Made by a program: the position numbers and the translations under genes. Of a stretch of DNA of 64,000 nt, positions 30,705-43,400 are shown piece after piece (the stretch's first letter is position 1; each line of letters starts with the position of its first letter). Below the pieces are notes generated by a model, which saw only the letters and a list, made by a program, of their open reading frames with translations, searched no databases and was not told the DNA's origin. This stretch comes from Priapulus caudatus (Eukaryota). The stretch is from the NCBI RefSeq assembly GCF_000485595.1, contig NW_014577084.1:118431-182430 (forward strand), written 5' to 3'.

Positions 30705-31850
30705 GCCTACTTACCTACTTACCCACCCACCTACCTACCCACCTACCCACCCAACCATCCAAACTTACACACCTACCTACCTGCATACCTACCTACCTAC
30801 ATACCTACCTACTTACCCACCCACCTACCTACCCAACTACCTACCCAACTACCCACCTAACCATCCAAACCTACACACCTACCTACATGCATACCTATCT
30901 ATCTACCTACCTACCTACCTACCTACCTACCTACCTACCTACCTACCTACCTACCTACCTACCTACCTACCTACCTACCTACCTACCTACCTACCTACCN
31001 AGTAGAGTAGAGTAGAGTAGAGTAGAGTAGAGTAGAGTAGAGTAGAGTAGAGTAGAGTAGAGTAGAGTAGAGTAGAGTAGAGTAGAGTAGAGTAGAGTAG
31101 AGTAGAGTAGAGTAGAGTAGAGTAGAGTAGAGTAGAGTAGAGTAGAGTAGAGTAGAGTAGAGTATAGTAGAGTAGAGTAGAGTAGAGTAGAGTAGAGTAG
31201 AGTAGAGTATAGTAGAGTATAGTATAGTAGAGTATAGTAGAGTATAGTAGAGTATAGTAGAGTATAGTAGAGTATAGTAGAGTATAGTAGAGTATAGTAG
31301 AGTATAGTCGAGTATAGTCGAGTATAGTAGAGTATAGTAGAGTATAGTAGAGTATAGTAGAGTATAGTAGAGTATAGTAGAGTATAGTAGAGTATATTAG
31401 AGTATAGTAGAGTATAGTAAAGTAGAGTAGAGTATAGTAGAGTATAGTAGAGTATAGTAGAGTATAGTAGAATATAGTAGAGTATAGTAGAATATAGTAG
31501 AGTATAGTAGAGTATAGTAGAGTATAGTAGAGTATAGTAGAGTATAGTAGAGTATAGTAGAGTATAGTAGAGTATAGTAGAGTATAGTAGAGTATAGTAG
31601 AGTATAGTAGAGTAGAGTAGAGTAGAGTAGAGTAGAGTAGAGTAGAGTAGAGTATAGTATAGTATAGTATAGTATAGTATAGTATAGTATAGTATAGTAT
31701 AGTATAGTATAGTATAGTATAGTATAGTATAGTATAGTATAGTATAGTATAGTATAGTAAAGTATAGTATAGTATAGTATAGTATAGTATAGTAAAGTAT
31801 AATATATTAGTAGTAGGTAGGTAGGTAGGTAGGTAGGTAGGTAGGTAGCT
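30705..31850. repeat. Compound microsatellite: (CCTA)n, then (AGTAG/AGTAT)n, then (TAGG)n
   Basis: Direct reading; a single N at 31000. Confidence 0.95.
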
Positions 31851-31851
31851 A

Positions 31852-32884
31852 GCTAGTATAATTATATTAGGTAGTGTAACAGTATTAACGATCAATTCTC
31901 TGCTATTGTTGCTGAGGAAACAGTAATTGCGTCAACTTGCCTGAAGGCACGCTTGTCTTAGTGCTTCCGATAATTATTTTTATTATTTTTATTGATGTTT
32001 CCTTGGGTTAATTACATATTATACCCCAATTATTATATTATGGTTCTCATATATTAGGCACAGAAGCCCCCATAGTTATCGTTTTAGTTATATTTTTTGA
32101 CGATAGGTTGGAGTAGATCGAAACAGCAGTTTACTATGTACTTGCTGGATTTTTCGCAGCCATCTTAGTATTCACGTGTTCCCGACAAGACATTAGTGAC
32201 ATGTAAGAAGAATTAGCTTCCTGCTTATGTTAATTACATCACATCATAGGTGATATACATACATATAGCAGGTCATATGGGTCCCGAAAACTTCTTTACA
32301 CGGTTGAGGTTAATTGTCTTCATGTTGAATAATTTGCATGCATATACATAGCGTGCGTTTAAATTAGATGCGTATACAAGAATTAAATTTTTTAAATGTA
32401 TACCAAGGTTACTGTAGCTTTTTATTTACATTTCACGATATCATGACAAGTTGTTGAATGTAGCTGTTGACACACGCGTATATGCACTGATATACTCACA
32501 CATACACACATATCATAACAGCGCTAATAATGTATATATAGGCCATGTGCTTAAAAGCACCATTCATAAATAAATTTGCAAAATACAAACATACGAGTCG
32601 TGGTATAGAATCTTGGGAATTTCGTAGGAATTTTCGGTGTAGAATTACATACCCAGAGCATTTCACAGCATATAAAATAATTTTATAATATGGAAATCTT
32701 GTAAATGAATAAAACTCCAGCTATATCCATAACCTGCTACTATGGCAATTAACATTTGCGTTTTTGATTGAACTCTACGGAAGGCTTACGGTAGTAGTAA
32801 GTAGTAATTGTGATAACATTAAAATAGACACGATGCGCGGAAAATGTCGTTTAACCAGCGATTCTACGGATTATTACGATTTGC
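31852..32884. repeat. Segment B (globin 5' flank), duplicated at 27054-28084
   Basis: Colinear near-identical sequence. Confidence 0.9.
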
Positions 32885-33192
32885 GAGAATACGAATGAAA
32901 ACACTTCAGCGCGACTGTGTACCTATTCACAATGTGTGTGTGTGGGGGGGGAGCTGGAATCTTAATTTCCCAAGCGGGTCAATACGAGGAGAAGGCACAA
33001 CTAGGACATACACTAATAATGATCGTTATTTTAAATATGAGCAGTGCAATGTGATATATATATATATATATATACACGGACGGACGGACGGACGGACGGA
33101 CGGACGGACGAACGGACGGACGGACGGATGTACGGACAGACAGACATACAGACAGACATATATATATATACATACAGACGGACTGACGGACG

Positions 33193-33228
<36 letters not shown>

Positions 33229-33653
33229 GGCGGATAAATAGATATAGTAAGATACATTAGTCTTTGAATGCGCTCCAGTGGACGAGTTATCACATAGCAA
33301 ACAGCAAGCCTTTAGTTAACACTTCGTGGTACGAAGAACAAAGCACCGGATCCTCTCTCACACGTGCCCCTTTCTGTTCCCCTTCTGTTCTCGCTTTCAA
33401 TCTTTCTCTTTCTTTCTCCCTCTCTCTCTCTATCTCTATCTCTCTCTCTCTATCTCTATCTTTCTCTCTCTTTCGCTCTCTCGCTCTCTTAACGCACGAA
33501 AACGCACACGCACGCACACGAACGCAAGCTCGCACGCATGCATAAAAACGCATCGCAGCGTCTAAACAAATAAAATTTGTTATGGAAATGATATAGCAAA
33601 ACGTCAACACCCGATTTCTATCGTTTTTTAATTCTTTACACGCTAGAATACTT

Positions 33654-33709
<56 letters not shown>

Positions 33710-33719
33710 GCGCGCGCGT

Positions 33720-33818
33720 GGTCTAATAAATATTTAACTTCATCCACCGTCGTATTCCGTACCTCAGATCATTCTTCTTTACCACACGCATCAAGCGGAA
33801 TGTTTAAATTTGCCAAGA
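33720..33818 (-). pseudogene. Diverged relic copy of the 3' half of the first ZP-N exon plus following sequence, just after the ZP stop codon
   Basis: Aligns without gaps to about 37799-37897: LANLNIPLDACGKEE*SE versus [18 protein letters not shown]. Confidence 0.7.
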
Positions 33819-33848
33819 CTTATATAACATATAGTTAGGATGTATACA

Positions 33849-35609
33849 TCAGCATTCCGCCTCTTGGTTGCACCTCGAGGACAAGTGTAACAGTGGCGCT
33901 GGTACAGGCATCACCATGGCGTTTCGCGTCTGCATCATCTCATCTCTCAGGTCCGGGAGCCGCAGTTTGGTTTCGGTGTAATGGAGCAAGCTGTATTTTC
34001 TGTATGATATCAGTGCAGCTACGAGCGACACGGCGATGCTGAGCAACATGGCCGTCCCACCGATGACAGCGCTTCTCGTGTTCACACAGTCGCTGCGCAT
34101 TTTTGTAGGCCCTATTGGAAATAAAACACGCAAGTAAACAAAAATCTATCCAGCCACCTCATCATTCAAATGCGCACTATGCTAACCTTCATTATAAATT
34201 TAGCAGCTGTGAAGTACTTGCGTTTAAAACACGTAAAAAAGCAAAGTTTTACGTAACGCGTCGTTGAACTAGAGTGTGGACCTTGTTCGTACGTGCATAT
34301 TAGTGGTTTTGTATCGTTATTTGTATCGCGGCGTTTTCAAGCAAAATCAGAACAAAGAGATTTTCCATAAACAGATAAGAGCATAAGAGAACGAACTAAA
34401 TGAGAACTAGCTTACGCTTTGCTATGCTTAGCTCAGCATTCTCGCCCTGTAATTTCACTTTCACTTGCTGAAACACGGCCACTTGTTCAACAGGAGCAAT
34501 ATTGGCCAAGTGTTGACGTGCGATGGTGTCTCTTCGTTTCCTCGACGATTGATCGCATGAGACCTGTAAACATTTGACAAAAATAAACAATTTATTAGCT
34601 GGTGACAAGTACAACATTGAAATCCCCAATTCCTAAACTAGATAGCATATTTTACTGGCAAGGTGTATCAGACATAGTGGCGAAAACCGACAATGGACCA
34701 CCACTTAATGATGAGGAATTCTCATCATTTGCAGAAAAGTTGGGATTTCATAATTGACGCATTACAACATTATGGCCAAAGCTGAGTATATGGGACCCTA
34801 ATATCGGATTTGATTATAGCATGTAGAGGTGGGACTAGCATATTACGCATACATACCCGCTTACAATTCCCTCGGCACACGTTCACCATGCATTCGAAAT
34901 ACACGTTATTTTGATCTGGAAATTTGAAGACTTCAAATATGGAGACTTGGTACGTATTTAGATCATTTGGATACTGGAGTTCTCTAAACTTGCCAACCAG
35001 CTTGCGTTGCGTTGGACAACTGTTGAATAAAATACATGTGTAAATGCTTGGACACATATATAAAATACAGGCATGCGTGCGCTTACAAATACAAGAACAC
35101 GCACGCATTCACACACACGTAAGTATACGCGCGGGCACACGAACGCACACTCACAATCGCAAACACGCTCACGCGCGCACACACATGCATGCAAGCACGC
35201 ATGCACACATACAAACGCAAACACGCTCAGACGTGCACCCACACGCATGCAAGCACGCACGCACACACACAAACGCAAACACGCTCATGCGTGCACCCGC
35301 ACGCATGCAAGCACGCACGCACACGCTCACGCTCATGCTCACACGCACACAAAGAAAACTACAGACGCACGCGTACACGCACACGCAACACGCACGCACG
35401 CCCGCATCCACGACACACGCGTTAATTTCAGAGATTTATCGATTAATCGAGTCAGTCACCTGTTGTGATCGATCAGCTGGATCTGGTTTCTCGTTGTTCC
35501 GTCCTTAGCAGAACAGTTCACAGGCAGTACGTCCCAGTTAGCTGTAAAATCAAGACATCAGAAAAGTTGTTGCGTGCGAACTTCGTGTTTGCATGTGCTC
35601 GTGCATGTC

Positions 35610-35691
<82 letters not shown>

Positions 35692-37447
35692 TGTGTGTGT
35701 GTGTGCGTGTGCGTGTTCGCGTCTGTGAGTGCGTGCGTGTGTGCGTGTGTGTTTGCATGTGCCCGTGCATGTCCATATATGTGCATATTTAGAAGTGATG
35801 CGAGTCACCGTGCTGAGCTGATAGAGCGGTAGCGGTGAACGTCTGCGGATAGAAAATCCTGATAACATGAATCGATTGGTAACCACGATGCGAGAAAGCA
35901 TTCGATGTGAAATCTAAACCAATAGTGGTAACTATAACTACAAAGTGGTAAATGCGCGCGTAAAAAGGTCACGCACGCGATTTCTAACCTAAAATGGGAC
36001 ATCACATCCCAATCGCTTAAGGTTTTGTGTCATTTCATGTCATAGCATGCCGTGTCATTTTATGTTATAGCATGCCGTGTCATTTCAGGTTATGGCATGG
36101 CGTGTCATTTCATGTCATGGCACGCCATGTCATGTTATGTTTGCTTTTGTGTTTGCTATTATGAAGCGCCAAGGTTTTTTTGCGATGAAACTCTGCTATC
36201 ACAAATCAACTAGTTTTTTCTATAGCAATATAATATAATCAACACAACGGCTAGACGTGTGAGGAACGCTCCTCTTAATACTAAGATTATATTACGATGC
36301 GGATTATTGCGCTACTACTTATTACAGACTATATTCCGGGTCAGGGGGTGATGGCGACAAATTTCGGCAAACCACTTTCTGACCCGAAGGTTCCACGTCT
36401 CATCTTTCAAAATCAAGTTTATATCATAACATAATTGCTATATTACTTACGGTCGCGGACATAGTAAACTACGAGGGCTCCGTAACCGCCGACATTCAGG
36501 TCAGCAGCTATTGCGTTCCGAGGATCTTGGCCGCCGACTACTTTAAACGCGACCTCTGGTGTCGGAATATCGTGCTGCACGACCGGAACTCTTGCGTTGC
36601 GTCCCAGCATGCTGTCAAAGCAAGGCGCTGTTCTTTTATTTGCTCAAAAGTATGTCTGAATACGTTTCCGAATACGTAACCAATAACAATCACGACGACG
36701 AATTGAATAAATTCAAATCTTTTGAATCATTTTCTAAAATAAAAATATATATAGAATCATTTTAATCATTATCGTAATAATGTTTTCTTTTGATTGCGAT
36801 TACAATGCTACTTAATTAAACCCCCTGATGAGACTATGTTTGTCTATACTGACTGCCACTAGATTACTACGTATCATACTCACGGGACAGTAATGCTCCA
36901 CCCTAAGTGTTTGCTGCCCCCTACCGATCTAAACGAGCAAGAAACTGTATAGGCGCGATCCGATGACCAGAGAACACCAAAGAAGCTGTCTGTCATCACG
37001 ACTATGGTATTGGAAAATATGTGAGTGTCTCCCTGAAAAAGAGAAAAGTAAAAGTTACAAAAAAAGAAACTAACTAACAGAAAAAAAACCTAACTAACTA
37101 AGAAAAATAAGTAAGTGAACTAGAACCGCGAAAGCTGCGTTGATATCCCTAGATATAGGTTAAGGAGATTGGCGTTGTGTTGCTCGCACTGAATTCGTAT
37201 CATAGAGCTGTAGATACTACTATTATATTAGACGCACTCATGCACAAACGCACGCACGCACACAGGCACACACACACACAACAGGCGCCAACGAACACAC
37301 ACCCGGCAACGCACACACACCACACACACACACACAGGTCACACACACACACACACACACCAAACACACGCACGCACACACAGCACACAACACACAACCA
37401 CACACACCACAGCCACAGGCAGCACACAACACCACCCAAACACCGCA

Positions 37448-37485
<38 letters not shown>

Positions 37486-40400
37486 CACACACGCACATAC
37501 CATAGCGCACACGCACAGCACGCGAAACGCACACACACATACACACACACACACAACACACACACACAACACACACACAAACACACACACACACAACACA
37601 CACACACACACACACACGAACACAGCACACACACACAACACACAACCACACACACACACACAACACACACACAATCACACACACAAACACACACACACAC
37701 ACACCCAACACACCACACACCACACACACACACGACAACACACACACACACACACACACACCACACCACACACACACACACAGCACACGAACACACGCGG
37801 TCTAATAACTCTTTGACGTCATCCGCCGTGGTAAGCCTCACCTCAGATCTTTCTTCTGTGCCACAGGCATCAAGTGGGATGCTGAAATTTGCCAAGATCT
37901 CATCTTCGAAAGTTTGCTTGCATGGCACGATTTTGAAGAAACCCTTGGAGTATATCTTTCCAGTAAAGCTTTGCTTAAAGTTGATACTTATATGCATTTT
38001 CCGTTGTGTGACATCGCAGCCTACCGCTATACCTGGAAACGAAAGATTTGTGTGTCATAGTATGCGTCATGTATTGCGTGTCATAGCTGCAACAACACCT
38101 AAAGGAAGCTATGTTTGTTCATAATCAAAACGTGTGACGTATTCATGTCTCAATATGGCGCCAATGCAATTTGTTCGAAAGTAAACAAGTTATGTACTAA
38201 TATTATTATGCTACACGAACAGCTGCTTACGCATTTGATGAAAAATTGCATTAGGAGAGTAACGCTTCTAATACTAGCTTACCACCGACAAGATTATCGT
38301 CGTAGTTTACTCCAACATTCCTCACTTCTATAGCAGGAGCAGACGGCAGGTTATCTGGTGAGACATTTAGTCTCGTCGATGCTGTAGCTGTCTCTAACGT
38401 CAGATCCGAGCCAGGCCTGACAGTTCTACGGTAGCCGTAGACGCGATCCGGGGACTGTGTCGAGGCCTCCCTGGTGCCGCCCGTGCGTTTCCTATTGTTG
38501 ATAAGGCTTGAATATGGATTCCGTCGCGTACCACCAACAGGCGCGTCTGGTTCTGTGAATGAGGTATCGGCGGGATTTGCTTGCGACGCTTTGTCGGAAA
38601 AGGCTGTCTTCACGGAAAACGTCGATTTTACTTGAACGGTTGATCCCTCGTTTGACGCAACGTTTGGTTCTGCGTGAGAAGCTATCCGTATGGACAGAGA
38701 ATCACCGGGCCTTGCAGAATTTATTCGATATGGGTAAACATCGCCATCCTTCGTACGTACGCCATATGGAGTATATTTTGGCGTGGAATCCTCAACTGAA
38801 ATTATACGAGGTGTTTGAAACACACCAGGTAATGGCGTGAACATGCTCCCGGTTACACTGACCCGGACGCTATTCGAGTCATAGCCATAGGTACGTGATG
38901 TGTTCCGTATTCCTAGACCTTCTCTTCCTTGACTCGTAGCCGGTGTGATAAAAGGTGTAAGTACTGTGCCCTGAGCACGAATTGTGGGGCGGTGTCCATA
39001 GCGTTCGTACGCTGGTGTAGTAACGTCTACCCGTACGGAGTTCTCCTGAGAAGTTCTACTATTCTGGTCATCTAGTGGCGTTACGACATGCCCAGTTACA
39101 CTGACACGGACGTTATTCGAGGCATCGCGACCTATATATGGATTATTCAGTAATCCCGTAACCGCATCTCGTGTCGCATTTCTTGTGAATTTCACATTGA
39201 CTCTTGTCCTCGCTCGACGACCCCATTCAGGCTGCTTGCTTATTGGTGGGAAGTTGGAAGTGTGTTCATCTATGCCGCGGTTAGAATAGATAGATTGATT
39301 TGGTCTAACGCCTTGATCAGGCCTGCGACTGGATGCGCGACTGATACTCACACGTGTTTCGTCTTGGGATGAACGACTGTTTGGCCCCCGCATACCAGCA
39401 ATCACATCTGTGGATATCGATGGCTGTATAGTTTCGGTGTTGATTTGACGAACAAATGGAGTTCGGACGAAAAAGCGGTCGCCGTTTTCGGAACCTGGTC
39501 GGTTTGGACTTACGCGACCAGGCGATAAATCACCTACGTGGTCTGATTGACCTTGCTCTTTTATAGATGAGCCACCATTGATTGTAAATCCTTGAGCTGA
39601 CACGTCTGGAACAGAACCTGGGCGCTTGTCACTGTTGATGAACACTGTCTGTGGATTCGTACCCGCTTTCGTGGAAGGATATTGAACACGAACACCAACA
39701 TTAGCGTTCAGAAAATCATTTAGAGTTGCCTGATTTGATTTACCAGTTAGTGCTGAATTCCTATCCGATTGACCGCGATCATATGTATCAATTCTGACAG
39801 GGCCACCTGTGGCAACGTTCGTAATATCTCTCCTTCCTCCAACGGGTAGCCGCCCCCGTGTTCCTGCAGTATTGTCATCAGAGGGAGAGCCATAGTTCCT
39901 GTCACGTATTCCCACCCCGCCGTTAAGAGCATGAGACACTTGCGGTACAACGACGTCTGTTCCGTACGCAACTGGACTGGTTTCAGGCTCGATGTTCACA
40001 GAACCATCTAGCACAGTTCTACGGTATCCACGATCCTCCACACCGGGAGTGATAGAGTACCCAGCGTTTACATCACCTTCAGGTTGTGGGTAAGCAATTT
40101 GGCCTTCTCTCGTAGAAGGGCTGTTCCAACCTTGTTGGAAATTTTGTAAGGAAGCTTGGTCGAGATTACTTCCACCCCGTCTTCGCTCGTTCAGTGAGAC
40201 GTGCGGTATGACATAATCTTTGCTGTTAATGTTTTCCTGCCCGTCTGTACGGAAGGCTCTAGTGCCCGAGGAACCTGATACAGACACGCCCGTACTTGGG
40301 TAATGTGCGACAATCGGAATGATGGCATCTACCCCAATGTGTTGCACTTCATCTGCTACACGGACACCGCTGTTTGGATACTGTGCTACGATTGGTATTA

Positions 40401-43400
40401 CATAATCGTCGTTCGCGCTTTTAACGTTGCCTATACTTGCGGTCCTGTCTATATTCACGCTTCTGTCCGTAAATGAACCTCCACCTCCTTGGAGGAAAGA
40501 GTTCGGCTGCACCGGAACCCGTGCACCATACCCTGATATACTGGTATCAACATATGATCCTCTTCCTTCTGGGTCTAAACCGTAACCTTGGTTTACACTG
40601 GTGTCTGTATACGCGCCCCTATTTCCGCCTAGGTAAGGTTGCTCCTGTACTGACACGCCTAAACCATAATCTGTGTTAACGCTAGTATCTATATGTGACT
40701 TACTGCCTTCTTGGAAAGAAGGTTGGGGCTGTACTGATACATCTAAACCATAATCCGTGTTGAAGCTAGTATCTATTTGTGATTTACTACCGCCTGGGTA
40801 GGAAGGTTCGGTCTGTTCTGATACACGTACTCCATAATCTGTGTTGAGACTACTGCCCGCATACGCACCATCATCTCTTGAGTAGACGGGTTGTTGCTGC
40901 CGTGAATCTCGTAGCCCATAATCTATGCCAACGCTTGTATCGACAAATGCTTTTCTTTGCTCTGGGACTGACGGTTGTGGATGCACCGGAACACCTACAT
41001 CACTAAAGTCTGTATTCACATTAGTTGAAACCAATGTTTTGCTACCTCCTGGGTAAGAAGGTTGTGATTGCGTTCGAACTCCAACTCCATAATCCGTATT
41101 CACACCAGTGTCTGTATATGAACCGCTACCTCTTCGGTCAGAAGGTCGTGGCTGTATAGCAACTCCAACGCTATAATCTGAGTTGACATTAGTATCTGCA
41201 TACGTTCCTCCACCTGCCTGATAGGAAGGATGTGATTCTGGTTGAACTCCAATACTACTAACGCCTATATTCAGATTTGTTAAAATATGTGAATTTCCCG
41301 TATTTAGGCCTGTAGGTTGTGGCTGTACTGGTACTCCTAAACTAACACCTGTGCTCGCACCCGTGTATCTGTATGATCCTTCCTTCTCCCTCCTGGGTAG
41401 GAAGGTTGTGGCTGTACTGGTACTCCTACACCAAAACTGTGTTCACGCGGGTATTCTGTATAGTATCCTCCTTCCCTTCCTGGGAAGGAAGGTTGCGGGC
41501 TGCTGTACTGGTGCTCCTACACCAAAACCTGTGTTCACGCGGGTATCTGTATAGGATCCTCCTTCCCCTCCTGGGAAGGAAGGTTGTGGCTGTACTGGTG
41601 CTCCTACACCAAAAACCTGTGTTCACGCGGGTATCTGTAAGGATCCTCCTTCCCCTTCTGGAGAGGAAGGTTGTGCGTGTACTGGTGCTCCTCCACCAAA
41701 ACCTGTGTTGCACCGCGGTATCTGTATAGGATCCTCCTTCCCCTCCTGGCGAAGAAGGTGGTTTGTACTGGTGCGTCCTACACCAAAACTGTGTTCACGC
41801 GGGTATCTGTATAGGATCCTCCTTCTCCTCCTGGGTAGGAAGGTTGTGGCTGTACTGGTGCTCCTACACCAAAACCTGTGTTCACGCGGGTATCTGTATA
41901 GGATACTCCTTCCCCTCCTGGGTAGGAAGGTTGTGGCTGTACTGGTACTCTTACACCAACACCTGTGCTCGCACCCGTGTATGTGTGTGATCCCCCTTCC
42001 CCTCCTGGGTAGGAAGGTTGTGGCTGTACTGGTACTCCTACACCAAAACCTGTGTTCACGCGGGTATCTGTATAGGATCCTCCTTCCCCTCCTGGGAAGG
42101 AAGGTTGTGGCTGTACTGGTGCTCCTACACCAAAACCTGTGTTCACGCGGGTATCTGTATGGGATCCTCCTTCACCTCCTGGGTAGGGAAGGTTGTGTAT
42201 GTACTGGTACTTCTACACCAAAACCTGTGTTCACATGGGTGTCTGTATAGGACCCTCCTTCCCCTCCTGGGTAGGTGGGCTGTGGCTGTACTGATACTCT
42301 CTAACATCACCTGTGTTCACACGGTACTGTATAGGACCCTCTTTCCTCCTTGGAAAGGAAGTCTGGCTGTACTGGTACTCCTAAAACCAACACCTGTGCT
42401 TGCACCAGTGTATCTGTATGATCCTCCTTCTCCTCTCGGTAGCGAAGGTTGTGTATGTACTGGTAGTCCTACACCTAAACCTTGTTTACGCGGGTATCTG
42501 TATAAGACCCTCCTTCCCCTTCTGGTAGGAAGGTTGTTGACTGTACTGGTATTCCTACCTAATGCCCGTGATTCATACGGGTATCTGCATGTACAGGTAC
42601 TGCCTACCACCAATCACCTGTATTCACACGCGGTATCTTGTAGTGAACCCTCCTTCCCCCTCCTTGGAAAGGAGTCGTGGCTTGTATACGTTATTCATTT
42701 TTTTACCTGAATGCCCGTGTTCATACGGGTAATTCTGTACTGTATCGGTATCCTAACCAACACCTGTGTTCACAACGGGATCTGTATTCTATCGGATACT
42801 CCTACACCAACACCTTGGCTTTACGAATACTGGTGCCCCGTATAGGAATTCTCCTTCTCTGGGGAGGCTTGATTTTTACTGGTGGCCTGTGAGCGCTTGT
42901 GGAGTGTGGTGATTGGGAAACCTTGCATCAAAACCTGTGTTTTCACACTGGTGCGTTGGCACGTTGTGGCGATCTCTCCGGTAGGAGGGGTCTTGGATGG
43001 ATTGGAAACCTGCACCAAAACCTGGTATCACACTGGTCTGCCTGTGTGTGCGATCCTTCGTCTGGGTAGGAGGGCTTGTGGAGGATTGGAAAACCTTGCA
43101 CCAAAACCTGTGTTCACACTGGGTTGTCGCGTCATATGCATCCTCGCCCCTGCCTGGGTGAAAGGCCTTGTGGAGGTATATATTGGACCTCCTATAACCC
43201 CTATTATTCACAATTGTGTTGAACATGTGCGATTTGCCCAGCCCTGCGTAGGGGAGTGGGGCGTGTGGCCTATTGGCAAAAGTCTCTCGGAATTCCTCGT
43301 ATCAATAGCTGAGCCTCAGCGCCTCGGAAATCAGGTTGAATTGCGTCCAATGTTAGGCTTCAACGCACATGTTTCGTCAACTCTTTGTGTCAAAATGTGG

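Noticed and set aside
36822..36852. CTGATGA-GAC...GTC hammerhead-like motif in a ZP intron
   Set aside because: The required GAAA after stem II is replaced by TATA and no stem I/III pairing is evident.
37177..38124. His/Thr-rich and Cys/Val-rich ORFs (also at 18.6, 33.0, 35.0 and 48.9-49.9 kb)
   Set aside because: Translations of (CA)n and (GCGT)n microsatellites; only the embedded exon 37842-38032 is coding.
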